DNA of 64,000 bases from a virus, in the IMG/VR virus record IMGVR_UViG_3300038560_000007, positions 1 to 64,000 of that record; one strand, written 5' to 3'. The translations under genes were made by a program, and so were the position numbers. Of the stretch, positions 19,175 through 29,557 are shown in pieces. Numbering within the stretch: the first letter of the stretch is position 1; the number at the start of each line of letters is the position of its first letter. The notes under the pieces are model-generated. The model worked only from the letters and a program-made list of their open reading frames with translations. It was not told the DNA's origin and did not search any database.

Positions 19175-19696
19175 CCTGGCTCGGACGTTGGGCGTATGCC
19201 TGGCCCCCCGTAGGCATGCGTTTGTTCTGCGAGGGCGTTCGAGCCAGGTTAAGCAGGGTGGTGGGGAGTAGTGACCCCCGAGACGCCTTACACTGAGACG
19301 TCGAAGTTGCATGGGAGCGGGTTTGATGACCTCGCCATGAGAGCCACCCGTCGACGGGCTCCTGGGCTGAAAGCCCGTGACGTTGGAGAAGGCGACACGG
19401 TCAAGTACGACAGGAGCCCACCAAAGTGAGTGCCTGCGATCCTCGGCGTTCGGGAACGAGCATCCGGATGGGTGGAGGTAAGGGCAGGGCGGTGGGCCGC
19501 CAGAGAAACCGCCCTGGAGGGTTCGAGTGAGGATGATCCTCGCCACCAGGCACTCACCCAAGCGCTCGACCTAGCAAGTCACGTACCCCATGCGTGCGCC
19601 GCGCCCCCCGATCGCGGCTGGCTGACCTAGGTCGAGTGAGGCCCTGGCCGGGAGATATGCGAGCTTCCCACGCTATGCTACCTCTCCTGACCAGGG
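19175..19696 (+). ncRNA. Cluster of six tandem folded RNA domains (unknown ncRNA or ncRNAs)
   Basis: Six consecutive closing stems of 7-14 bp; no credible RBS-led ORF; directly downstream of P7. Confidence 0.7.
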
Positions 19697-19820
19697 TACC
19701 TATATCTAGAGAGGACGGAAATGAAGATCGGTTGTTGGCCAAGCGTGGCACTGGGAGCTCTTGGAGGGCTCACAGTTCTCATGGGACTCAAGGTCTGGAA
19801 GACGATAAGGAGGTCGAAGG

Positions 19821-20591
19821 ATGCCGACCGTCTTGTGCGCGGAGTGCGGTAAGGCTGCGCCGTGCCCCGATGGACACTACGCAGTCGTAGACATCGCCGG
19901 GACGCAGATCGACTGGATCAAGAAGCTTCCGGAGACATCGTGGATTCCTGCCCTGAACTTGCTCAACGAACTGATCGGCATTGAGGCTAGCTATACGAAC
20001 ACGAACGAGAACGACGTTCAGTTCGGCTACAGACCCTACCCGCTAGGCACGTTCGGCAGCCTACTCATGACTGCTCGCGCGAACGTCCAACAGGGCAACT
20101 GGGCAAGGCCGCGCTTCCTCGAGGTCGGATGTGGCCCTGGTACCAAGCTCGTTCTGGCCAACAAGGTCTTCGGCCTCGAAGTCTCTGGCTTCGACGTTGA
20201 CGCGCAATACATCAAGGACGCTGCGGATCTCCTAGTCAGCCAGACACTCATAGACTTCCAGGTCAGGGTCGACGACGCAGAGGACTTCGACGACTATGGT
20301 CTGTTCGACATCGTCTTCCTGAATCGTCCACTGCGTGACTACGACCGCCAGCTCCAGCTGGAACAGCACGTCATGAGTCGAATGGGGAACGGGGCAGTCC
20401 TGATCCTCGCCAACTCGCTGACGCACCCTCCATACTGGAAGTGCCTACAGCAAGCAGTCGCTTGCTCTGTCTACCAGAAGACCTGTCGCTGTTACGAAGC
20501 CGAGAGCTATCTGACCTTTCCTGGAGACCAGGCTAACCTAGTGTCATGCAAGCTCTGTGGCCGAGTACTCTGGGCTACAGGACCCAGCTAG
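19821..20591 (+). CDS. Class I SAM-dependent methyltransferase with terminal Zn-ribbon motifs
   Basis: FLEVGCGPG, VSGFDVD, DDAEDF, FDIVFLNRP; CAEC and CKLC motifs. Confidence 0.85.
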   Translation: MPTVLCAECGKAAPCPDGHYAVVDIAGTQIDWIKKLPETSWIPALNLLNELIGIEASYTNTNENDVQFGYRPYPLGTFGSLLMTARANVQQGNWARPRFLEVGCGPGTKLVLANKVFGLEVSGFDVDAQYIKDAADLLVSQTLIDFQVRVDDAEDFDDYGLFDIVFLNRPLRDYDRQLQLEQHVMSRMGNGAVLILANSLTHPPYWKCLQQAVACSVYQKTCRCYEAESYLTFPGDQANLVSCKLCGRVLWATGPS

Positions 20592-20618
20592 GTCTTGAAA
20601 AAATCCTCATTGGGGGCC

Positions 20619-20648
20619 TTGATTTTTGCTTGAAGCCCCCTATATAAT
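20619..20648 (+). promoter_or_regulatory. Promoter P8
   Basis: GGGGCC-TTGATT-18 nt-TATAAT-AGTAGTAG. Confidence 0.75.
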
Positions 20649-20689
20649 AGTAGTAGAGGCAAACAATCCAGAGAGGGGCGACGTCTACA

Positions 20690-21175
20690 ATGGCGGGCGT
20701 TAAGGAAGCAGAGAAGAAGGTCGAAGAGAAGGCTGAAAAGGCCACCAAGCACAAGGTGCCCGAAGGTCACATCACTCCGGTCGAGGCTACTCATCGACTC
20801 AAGAAGGAGACCAACCCGAAGACCGGGAAGCCCTACGCCGAGGACAAGCTGACCAGCCAGCAGGTCTACACACTACTCCGCACGTCGGAGAGCAACGGCA
20901 TGCCGGTGAAGCACTTCACCCCAGACGGCAAGTCTCACAAGACTCGTCAGGTCGATGGCGAGGGCAACCTCATCTCGCGTCCCGGATTCAACTGGGACGA
21001 GCTCGCTGCGTGGTGGGCCGATCGTCCGGCGCGTGGATCCAAGAAGGCCAAGGACGAGGAGAAGAGCGGCGGCGAGGCCTCTGACGAGGCGGACGGCGAC
21101 GACTCCGAGGACGAGATCGACGAGGACGAGCTCGAGGACGACGGCGAAGAGGGCTCGCTCATCGAGGCCGAGTAG
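20690..21175 (+). CDS. Putative DNA-binding protein, divergent family A, acidic tail
   Basis: ITPVEATHRL...LTSQQVYTLLR; acidic tail ending EAE like 4907-5353. Confidence 0.6.
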   Translation: MAGVKEAEKKVEEKAEKATKHKVPEGHITPVEATHRLKKETNPKTGKPYAEDKLTSQQVYTLLRTSESNGMPVKHFTPDGKSHKTRQVDGEGNLISRPGFNWDELAAWWADRPARGSKKAKDEEKSGGEASDEADGDDSEDEIDEDELEDDGEEGSLIEAE

Positions 21176-21186
21176 TTCTCTGAACG

Positions 21187-21291
21187 CCTGGCTCGGGCGA
21201 CGTTACGAAGGACGAGAGCGGCATCCTAGGATACTGCCGGCTATGATAGAACCTCGTACCGATGTGTGGTCAGTGGAGGCTCCGAGCCAGG
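21187..21291 (+). ncRNA. Structured intergenic RNA element (CCTGGCT..CAGGTT family)
   Basis: CCTGGCTCGG pairs with CCGAGCCAGG; same TGAAC...TTTTGAGG flanks as the 14413 copy. Confidence 0.5.
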
Positions 21292-21326
21292 TTTTGAGGG
21301 AATTACCGGAAAGGAGGTGAATTAGG

Positions 21327-21695
21327 ATGGTACCAAAGATCTACGAGCAGGCCTGCGTCACCTATGCCGCAATGCTTGAAAGGTCTGAGCCTGCGAAGGA
21401 GCCTGGAAGCCCTCCCGTGTACAGAGGGTACATTACGTACCTGGTTGAGGAGCTCGGCTTCGGCATCTCACACTACACTGTCATCATGCGTCGGCTTGTG
21501 GCAATGGGTTGTATCAACCAGCTAGTAGCGGGCGGACGCGCTGTGCCCAGCGAGTGGGAGATGCTACACGAACCAACTCCGGCACTGTTCGCAGCGAACA
21601 GTGGCAGGAAGCACAGCCGAATCGACGACCTGGAGAAGAGAGTCGCTCAGCTCGAGGAAGAGATGGAACGAGACCCGGAGGAGCAGGCTTCCTAG
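21327..21695 (+). CDS. Putative wHTH protein with C-terminal coiled coil
   Basis: AAGGAGGTG RBS; RRLVAMGCINQL; RIDDLEKRVAQLEE. Confidence 0.55.
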   Translation: MVPKIYEQACVTYAAMLERSEPAKEPGSPPVYRGYITYLVEELGFGISHYTVIMRRLVAMGCINQLVAGGRAVPSEWEMLHEPTPALFAANSGRKHSRIDDLEKRVAQLEEEMERDPEEQAS

Positions 21696-22443
21696 TGGCT
21701 AGAACAAACGAAGAGTTGAAGGCATACGTCGGCTTCATGCTGGAATGCCCTCGCGAAGATGTCCTAGGCTTTGCTCTCGTTGTCGTCAAGACAGATAGTA
21801 ACGTCGCTATCCTGTCTAATGGCAACAAATACCAAGTTTCAGACCTGTTGGAGAGTGCAAGAGATACCATCTTTAACATAACGGAGGAGGAATACCTCAG
21901 TGGCAAGCAAGGACCAGAAGGGCCAGAATCCTTTCAATCCGAACTGGAACAGCACGTTCCTGAGACTCAACCAGAACTGTGAGGACTGGAAGGTTCCGAG
22001 TGATCACCGAGGCGTAACCTTCGAGGAGTGGGTGGAAGGACTACCGCTTCAACTCAACCGCGAAGAGATTACGCTTGCTGAGTCAGCCTGGAGGGCTTCG
22101 ATTACACATCACACGGCAACGCTTCGTCGCATCGGCTGGATTGATCAGAAGGGTCGCGTCTGGCTAGAGGTTCCTTCCGCGAAGGACTTCGATGGCGGAA
22201 GCCTCACGCCTTTGCTAGTTGACGTTCGAGGCGATGACTAATGGCGAGACTACGGCTAGGCCGAAAGCTTAGCCAGACTGAAGGTTTGCAGACGCTTTAT
22301 CTTCAGAATGGGGAAGAGCCTTCCGACGATGACCCTTGTGTAGGTGTAGTCATATCACCTGCTCTGGCAAGGTACATCGTGCGAGGGACCAATGATGATG
22401 GAGCGTTCCGGAGGCTGACAGAACTATGGAGGCTGACAGAACT

Positions 22444-23844
22444 ATGAAGCCCTATCCGTTTCAGCAAGAGCTCATCGACTTTCTAGGCGACCCTGAGAAG
22501 AAGGGCCGTCTTATCGGCGATGACATGGGCCTAGGTAAGACCCTCGAAGGCCTCGCCATCGACAAGAAGCTCCGTCAGCGCGTCAAGGGTCGCCGGAAGA
22601 CTCTGATCATCGCACCTCGACAAACACATGAGGAGCCGTGGGCTGAGACCATCCAGGAGTTCTTGGGTGCAAAGGCTTGCGTCATAGACCGAAAGAACCG
22701 AGCTCCGTTCCTCAGGGCGATTACGTCTAACGACGGTGAGTACGAGTACTTCGTTTGTCACTACGAAGCATTGCGTTTGATGCCACAGCTAAAGCAAGTC
22801 CCGTTGTTCCATCTGATCCTGGATGAGACTCACCGGATCAAGAACCGTAAGGCCCAAGTCACTCGCACTGTCAAGGGCTATAGCACGGTCTACAAGACTT
22901 CGATGTCAGGTACGCCTGCAGACGACAAGCCACAAGACCTCTGGTCGACGCTGAACTTCCTGTACCCGGGACGCTACCCTTCGTACAACCGATTCGTTCA
23001 AGAGTACTGCCTAACCGAGCCACTCCAGATTCGGAGTCGCTTCGGAGGCATGATGACTGTGAACAAGGTTATCGGAGCGAACCCCAATACCGTGCCGAAG
23101 CTTCTGGAGGGCATGAAGCCCTTCTACATGCGGAGGCTCAAGGAAGAAGTCCTCAGAGATCTCCCGGACAAGTATTATTCCCGGATCCTGGTCGATCTAC
23201 CCTCGCCTCAGCGAAAGATCTACGACGATCTTCGCGAAGAGATGCTGGCCTGGATCGGAGAGCATGAGGACCAACCTCTTCAGGTCGCACTTGTCGTAAC
23301 ACAGCTCGTACGACTCCAGCAGGCAGCTCTGGCTACACTAGAGTTCGACGAGAACGGTAAGGTTCGTCTGATCGAACCCTCAGCTAAGCTGGACTCTCTA
23401 GTCGAGGTTATACAGGACGAGAGTGTTCATCCCTTTGTCGTCTTCTCCCAGAGCAAGTCAATGATCAACCTAGCAGCCACTAGACTGGCTAAGGAAGGTC
23501 TACGCGTCGCTAAGTTCCATGGCGACGTGCGGGATGCTGATCGACTAGATGCCGTACGAGGCTTCAAGGCAGGTAAATACGACGTCTTCGCATCGACGAT
23601 CGCTGCCGGCGGTGAAGGCATCGACCTGACTCGAGCCTGCACGGAGTTCTTCTTCGACCGTTCTTGGAGTCCATCCAAGAACAGGCAGGCGGAAGACCGC
23701 TGTCATCGAGTGACACAGAAGAATGCAGTTCAGGTTATCGATCTGGTCGCTAGAGACTCCGTCGACCAGCGCGTGCGTGAAACGAATATTCACAAGTGGA
23801 CACAGCTCCGCACAATTCTAGGAGACAGCAGACGTGGTAGATGA
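22444..23844 (+). CDS. SNF2-family (SF2) helicase/translocase
   Basis: PYPFQ, DDMGLGKT, LDETHRIKN, SGTP, GEGIDL, QAEDRCHR. Confidence 0.93.
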   Translation: MKPYPFQQELIDFLGDPEKKGRLIGDDMGLGKTLEGLAIDKKLRQRVKGRRKTLIIAPRQTHEEPWAETIQEFLGAKACVIDRKNRAPFLRAITSNDGEYEYFVCHYEALRLMPQLKQVPLFHLILDETHRIKNRKAQVTRTVKGYSTVYKTSMSGTPADDKPQDLWSTLNFLYPGRYPSYNRFVQEYCLTEPLQIRSRFGGMMTVNKVIGANPNTVPKLLEGMKPFYMRRLKEEVLRDLPDKYYSRILVDLPSPQRKIYDDLREEMLAWIGEHEDQPLQVALVVTQLVRLQQAALATLEFDENGKVRLIEPSAKLDSLVEVIQDESVHPFVVFSQSKSMINLAATRLAKEGLRVAKFHGDVRDADRLDAVRGFKAGKYDVFASTIAAGGEGIDLTRACTEFFFDRSWSPSKNRQAEDRCHRVTQKNAVQVIDLVARDSVDQRVRETNIHKWTQLRTILGDSRRGR

Positions 23845-24233
23845 CTCGAAGGCCGTCGAGCTTGGCGGAGACAGCAGCACCGGCGGGAAGATCGTCCCGC
23901 ACGGAATACTTCCCGCACCTTTGAGCCTCCGCATGTACGACGCCGTGATCAAGCGCGCCGAAGCCCACAAAGGCCACCTAGGAGACCCGCTACATGGTCT
24001 CGACATCATTGGCTTTGACGTGACCTATGGACACGCTCACGTACCGCAGGGTCTCGTCGAAGGCTACTTCATGCAGATCACCGCACGAGGCCTCCTGCTC
24101 GGCCCACAGTACTACGTCACATCGGTACACCCCCTAGGCAGGGCGATCCCATCGGATCAGGAGATCGACATGGGTCTCACTCTGTCAGCTCAAGTTCTCC
24201 ACCAACAGAGGGACCGACAGAGAGGATCAGGAA

Positions 24234-24581
24234 ATGGCTCTGGGCCCGCTCAATCCTTCGGGTGACCCTCCCGAGACCAAAGTCGTTGCTACAGCCAGCA
24301 TGGGTGGTCTCATCGGGATCGTCCTACAGCTTCTGGCGACGTACTTCCCTCACCTGACGTTGCCTTCTCCAGCTACGGCGACACTGATCGCTACCGCCCT
24401 GGGGGGCCTCATCGGCTACCTCGCGCCACACACGGACCGGGCGTCCGAGATGATCAACTCGGCAATGGAACAGCTTCTGAAGAACTACATCGCCAAGGTA
24501 GTGCCTACGGGAACTGTTCGAGAGCAGACTCTAGAGGGGCACCCTGACGGGCCGACGCGCCATGTTGACACTCAGGCCTAA
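24234..24581 (+). CDS. Holin-like two-TM membrane protein (actinophage type)
   Basis: ETKV...two hydrophobic helices...GYLAPHTDR resembles actinophage holins. Confidence 0.6.
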   Translation: MALGPLNPSGDPPETKVVATASMGGLIGIVLQLLATYFPHLTLPSPATATLIATALGGLIGYLAPHTDRASEMINSAMEQLLKNYIAKVVPTGTVREQTLEGHPDGPTRHVDTQA

Positions 24582-24601
24582 AAGAATTTCTCGATGGGGC
24601 C

Positions 24602-24631
24602 TTGCGATCACCCTCGATGACGCTATATAAT
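24602..24631 (+). promoter_or_regulatory. Promoter P9
   Basis: GGGGCC-TTGCGA-18 nt-TATAAT-AG. Confidence 0.75.
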
Positions 24632-25981
24632 AGATCTATAAGCGAAATAAGGAGGGCGCCGTGGGAGACTTCGTTGAAGAGATTAGGATCGCGAACGAGG
24701 CTGCAAAGCTTGTGCACGACAGGAATGAACTAGACAGAATGATGAAGCTCCACCCACGAGCTCGCGCAGTCCTGAGACGTACGGTCGAGTTCGAGTACGA
24801 ACTAAACATCGCTGACTATACGCACCTCACACTACCCGAGGCTGTCGAGAGGGAGCGGAAGATGCAGGTCTCGGCACTGTTTCGCTCAACCGACACGGAA
24901 GTCGTCGAGGACAAGCTAGAGATAGTCTGGGAACTGCCAGACGAAATGAACCGCTACCGTTCAGATCCAGAGGCAGCTCCATGAGCCTGCATTCATATAG
25001 GGTGTCACTCGAACTCGCAGGGCAAGATCTGCCGTTCAGCGCCTTGATCATGGCGGCTATGAGAAAGGCTGACACAGAGAATCAGATTATCCTGAAGTAT
25101 GCATACCCAGAGATCTGGACCGAGCTAGAGGCACGGTACAACGCCCCAGGTGGCGCACTCGATGACGAGAGAAGAGAAAGTGACGACTATGGCGTCTGGC
25201 CAAGTTCCCGTTAGGGAACTAACCTTCTTCGACATGCTACTCACCGGCAAGTGGAGTCCTAGCTTCGTTCAGGACCAGCTTAGCCGAGCGATTATCACTG
25301 ACGCTCCGCTGGTGATGCCCATAGCTGAAGTCATCGAAGTCATCGATGAATCAGTTCCCGATGACCCTAAGAAGTGGGCCGAGTTCATCGAAGACACCGA
25401 GGCTGAACGGGAAGACACAGACCTAACTCAGGTTATCTCCAACAAGCCACTCACTAGGCGACAGGAGAGAGCCGAGCGTAAGGCTACGAACAAGAGGAGG
25501 AGGAATTACGACCTATGACACCTGACATGTCATTCTACGTCAGCGCCGGAATTGACAAGCACAAGTGTCAGGCAGACGCTGAGGTGCGAGCCCGCAATGG
25601 AGAGGTCGTTGTCGTTCACGATCATCGCAAGGGCGGAGAGTGCCAAGGCAGCTGCTACATCTACGAAGGAAGCACTGCCAAGCCCTACGAGGAGGGCACA
25701 TGACTAACGAGAACAACCTGTTGCCTCAGGACGATGACATCGAAGAGAACGACGGAGACATCGAGGAGGACGAGGATGACGATGACTGGATCGACGACGA
25801 GGACTACTACGACGAGGACGACGATGGAGACGACGACTAAGCAAGTCCCGTTCTGCACGCACAAGGACGACGACGGCGTCGAGGACTGCGGGGTTCGAAT
25901 GATCAGGTTCCTGAACCCGTTCCGCTTCGTCTGCCCACGCGGGCATGGCAATACGCATCGGCTCCTGCGCATTGTGGTTCG

Positions 25982-26758
25982 GTGATGTCAGACCTCTTGA
26001 ACGTTAACGAAATCTTTGGCCCGACTATCCAGGGGGAAGGTCCGGCGACTGGAAGGCTGGCTGCCTTCGTTCGCCTGGCCAATTGCAACCTGACTTGTAA
26101 GTGGTGCGACACGCCATACACATGGGCCTTTACGTCCAACAAGGCAGGGCATCATCAGTCTGGGAAGCAGTACGACAAGGCTGAAGAGGTTCACTCTATG
26201 AACCCGCTCGAGATCATGGAGCGCCTCCACGAGATCGTTCCGCCTCGGCAGAACCGATTTGGGTCGATCGGCAGGATCGGGACGCTCGTTGTCATCTCTG
26301 GAGGCGAGCCTCTTATTCAGGCAGTCCCACTCCTGGCGCTAGCTAGGCTAATGTGGGCGCAAGGCTACACCGTCCACATTGAGACGGCAGGCACACGTTA
26401 TCCAGGACAGCTAGCTAGCTTCGTCGACACGTTCGTCGTTTCTCCGAAGTTGGAGAACTCAGGCAACCTGATCGACAAGAGATTCAGGCCAGCCATCCTC
26501 CGAGAGTTTGCGACGACGCTATCGAACCAGACCTGGTTCAAGTTCGTCGTAGAGGGAGTAGCCGACCTCAAAGAGGTCGACTACATCGTGAATGAATGCA
26601 ACATCCGACGCGACCGAGTAATGATCATGCCCGAAGGTACCAAGACGGACAAGATCATCGCGAAGGCCCAAGAGATCGTCGTGGACGTCCTGGGAAGGGG
26701 CTACGGTCTCACTCTACGAAACCATGTCTTTATCTGGGATGACGTGAGGGCACACTAG
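25982..26758 (+). CDS. queE: 7-carboxy-7-deazaguanine synthase (radical SAM)
   Basis: EIFGPTIQGEG, FVRLANCNLTCKWCDT (CX3CX2C), SGGEPL, IETAGT, VSPKL, FKFVV. Confidence 0.93.
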   Translation: MMSDLLNVNEIFGPTIQGEGPATGRLAAFVRLANCNLTCKWCDTPYTWAFTSNKAGHHQSGKQYDKAEEVHSMNPLEIMERLHEIVPPRQNRFGSIGRIGTLVVISGGEPLIQAVPLLALARLMWAQGYTVHIETAGTRYPGQLASFVDTFVVSPKLENSGNLIDKRFRPAILREFATTLSNQTWFKFVVEGVADLKEVDYIVNECNIRRDRVMIMPEGTKTDKIIAKAQEIVVDVLGRGYGLTLRNHVFIWDDVRAH

Positions 26759-27138
26759 GCGGACTAGGAGATACCATGCCCTTGTTTGGAAGGAGAGACC
26801 CGAAGGCTATCAACGCCTCGGTCAACGATGGCGAGGTAATCGTACTCGTCACCACCTACAGTGAGTGGCACTGGCTGCCACGCGAGGGCAAGGTCCAACG
26901 GTGGATCCTTGACACCGAACTAGGAACCTCCATCAAGATGAAGGGCGAGGATGCAATCCTGTTCTCGACCCACAACAACTTGGAGGGGGCTACTCAGATA
27001 GCAGCGAACCGAGAGTATCGCCTGCTTCTGGCAGCACTCAACCTCCGAGCTGCACAGCCGCACCACGTGGGGGGTGATGCACCTAAGGATTGACGCACGG
27101 CTGTACAGAACACGACTACAAGTTTCCGAAAGGAAGAC

Positions 27139-28041
27139 ATGTCTAGGTTCATCAAGTTCGCAGCCACGGTGGCTGCGATCGGCGGTCTCACGGGCTATGG
27201 CCTGATGGCGGCTAGCTCGGCAGGCGCAGCTACGGCTCATGCGTCCCTGGCCAAGCCTCTCGTAGTGGAAGGCGCTCCGGCCGAGACGACCTACCTGGCC
27301 GGCTACGCCACGATCAACGAAGGCGACAGCCACTTCTACGACTTCCGATCGAACATCAGCGTCCCGAGCCAGATGGCCTCCGGCGTTACGCCGGACTCTT
27401 TCGCAGCGGGTATCTCTCAGCAGGACCGAGAGAACGCGAGCGGCGAGACCGACTATACCACGGCGCTTGGCTGGGTCTGGGACGACACCTCGGGAGATGC
27501 GTGCGGAGCCAATACCTACACGCTGGAATACGGCGATGGGGACAGCTACGCCTACGTTCCGCTGAACGGAAGCGATCTGCGGGTAGTCCTAGTGACCGAC
27601 CCGGACACCGACCCGACTACCCAGGTGCCGATCTGCAACGCGAACCCGGTCGATACGTACCTGGAGCTGGAGTACGACGCCACCACGCATCACCTGCACT
27701 TCTATGAGGGCACCGCTTACAACAACAAGACTCTCATCGCAAGCTGCTACGTGCCAAGTGATGGACGCAGCTTCAACGTACTCGGCGTTGGTCTAGACAC
27801 GGCTGTGGACGGTACGAACGGTGCAGCGGCGCTGAACTCTGGCACCTTGGCATCCTTCGGCCGCGCTCGGTTCACCCTGAGCGATGGCAAGATCGGCAAG
27901 CTGCAGGCACTCAACCTGGAGCAGTTCGACGGCACCGAGTTCGGTGGTGCTCCGTCAGTCTCCAACCCGGCTACGCTGACCACGAGTGGTCTCGTCACCG
28001 GCGGCATCAGCGCGACTGGCTTCCACGTCGTCGCGCCGTAG
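27139..28041 (+). CDS. Secreted beta-rich protein with Sec-type signal peptide
   Basis: MSRFIKFAATVAAIGGLTGYGLMAASSAGA; Thr/Asp/Tyr-rich mature part. Confidence 0.65.
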   Translation: MSRFIKFAATVAAIGGLTGYGLMAASSAGAATAHASLAKPLVVEGAPAETTYLAGYATINEGDSHFYDFRSNISVPSQMASGVTPDSFAAGISQQDRENASGETDYTTALGWVWDDTSGDACGANTYTLEYGDGDSYAYVPLNGSDLRVVLVTDPDTDPTTQVPICNANPVDTYLELEYDATTHHLHFYEGTAYNNKTLIASCYVPSDGRSFNVLGVGLDTAVDGTNGAAALNSGTLASFGRARFTLSDGKIGKLQALNLEQFDGTEFGGAPSVSNPATLTTSGLVTGGISATGFHVVAP

Positions 28042-28051
28042 TAGCTAGCGT

Positions 28052-28096
28052 TCCAGGGTCAAGCTGGAAGCGAGAGCCTCCAGCTTGGCTCTGGGA
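28052..28096 (+). terminator. Long hairpin after secreted-protein gene
   Basis: TCCAGGGTCAAGCTGGA...TCCAGCTTGGCTCTGGGA inverted repeat. Confidence 0.5.
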
Positions 28097-28729
28097 TACT
28101 AGTTAACGGAAGTACGACATCGCCCACCGAGGGGTGAAGACTGGTAGCCATCAACACAGAAACTAACGAGTACATATTCGAGAGGCAGACCCACTGATGT
28201 CGCTGGTGACAGTCGAGATGGTCGAGGAGAGATCTTGCCCTGACTGCTGGAGTGGAACAAACGTGCCCTGCGTTCCGATTAGGAACGTAGCAGGCTCTAA
28301 GGAACTGTACGACCTCGACCGAATGTATCACGCAAGCAGGAGGTATGGGACAGGACAACGATGAGCATTGAGCAGGTAACAGGGCTGATGTTCATTGGTG
28401 TCGTGGTTCTCGCCGTTCTCTGGTACAGAATCCTCCTCAAGAAGTCGAACGTTCAACGGCTTGATAGGATCCCATACAACTACGCCATCTGCATATGTGG
28501 ACGGCACTACATTCGAGGCTGTAACCACAGCCGCGGAGTAGTCTCCACGTGGGTAGATGTACGTACCGGATTGCATTATCACCCAGACGGAAGCCCGGTG
28601 GAGCATCGATAATGTGGATAATACGAGGCCTAATAATTGACGCAGGTCTATTCAGCCTGATAGTAGCGGCCGGCACATATGGATGTGCCGGCCTTAAACA
28701 TCTTCGAGAGAAGAGAAAGGAACGGAGAG

Positions 28730-29557
28730 ATGCTAAGGGAAAGGATCTTCAAGCTGCTGACTGCGATGTTGGCTATCATAGCCATGATCTTCACAGCGGG
28801 ACAATCTAGCCCTGCACATGCGCAGACTCAAACGACCAAGCAACTAGTTCCGAGGGAACTTATGGTTCAAGGTAACGACTTGGCAAACCTGAACTCGCTG
28901 GGCACTGGTTATACATCAGACTTCACGTACATTACCTGCGGTGGTAACTCTGGCGTTTGCTCCCCCGGTGACATCAACTCCTATACTAGCGAGGCCGTGT
29001 TCGCCGCTGCCATAGCTGACGGCACGCAGCCGCCCGGGTCGACGGCGCTGCTGGACCTGGAACCGTGGGACCTGACCCCCGCCAGCGAGTCGGCGCACAT
29101 CGAGTACTACGACAAGCTCGCAACTGAGGCAGCTATCGCGAATGGGATCAACCTAATCTTGAGCCCGGTCGATTACGTAGACGGCCTACCAGAGGCAGCC
29201 GAGGCTGAGGCAGCCTATGCAGGCGCGGGCACGATCATCGAGATTCAGTCACAGGGTCACGACGCTACTCCAACCAAGCTCTACGACTACGTCGACCCGA
29301 TTGTCAAGGCTATTCGAGCTCAGAACAAGACCGTGCCAATCATGATTGGACTAGCTACGGACGCAGGAGGATGGAACGTCATCTCTGGCACTACGCTATA
29401 CGATGACTACCTGACAACCTACGGCCTAGCATCCGCATTCTGGCTAAACGCCGCTACATGGACAGACGTGAACGCTAAGCCCTGTGCAGCAACAGGCTGT
29501 CCAGTAGATGGCGATGCCTTCCTCGACCTCTGGGTGACAGGAGCTACGTCGTCATGA
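28730..29557 (+). CDS. Secreted protein, possible glycoside-hydrolase-like TIM barrel
   Basis: Signal peptide ending PAHA-Q; LLDLEPW, IIEIQSQ, IMIGLAT, AFWLN strands. Confidence 0.55.
   Translation: MLRERIFKLLTAMLAIIAMIFTAGQSSPAHAQTQTTKQLVPRELMVQGNDLANLNSLGTGYTSDFTYITCGGNSGVCSPGDINSYTSEAVFAAAIADGTQPPGSTALLDLEPWDLTPASESAHIEYYDKLATEAAIANGINLILSPVDYVDGLPEAAEAEAAYAGAGTIIEIQSQGHDATPTKLYDYVDPIVKAIRAQNKTVPIMIGLATDAGGWNVISGTTLYDDYLTTYGLASAFWLNAATWTDVNAKPCAATGCPVDGDAFLDLWVTGATSS

Noticed and set aside
19139-19890. Short ORFs over the structured RNA cluster
   Set aside because: No RBS, atypical composition, overlapping on both strands; only a small RBS-led ORF from about 19721 is plausible.
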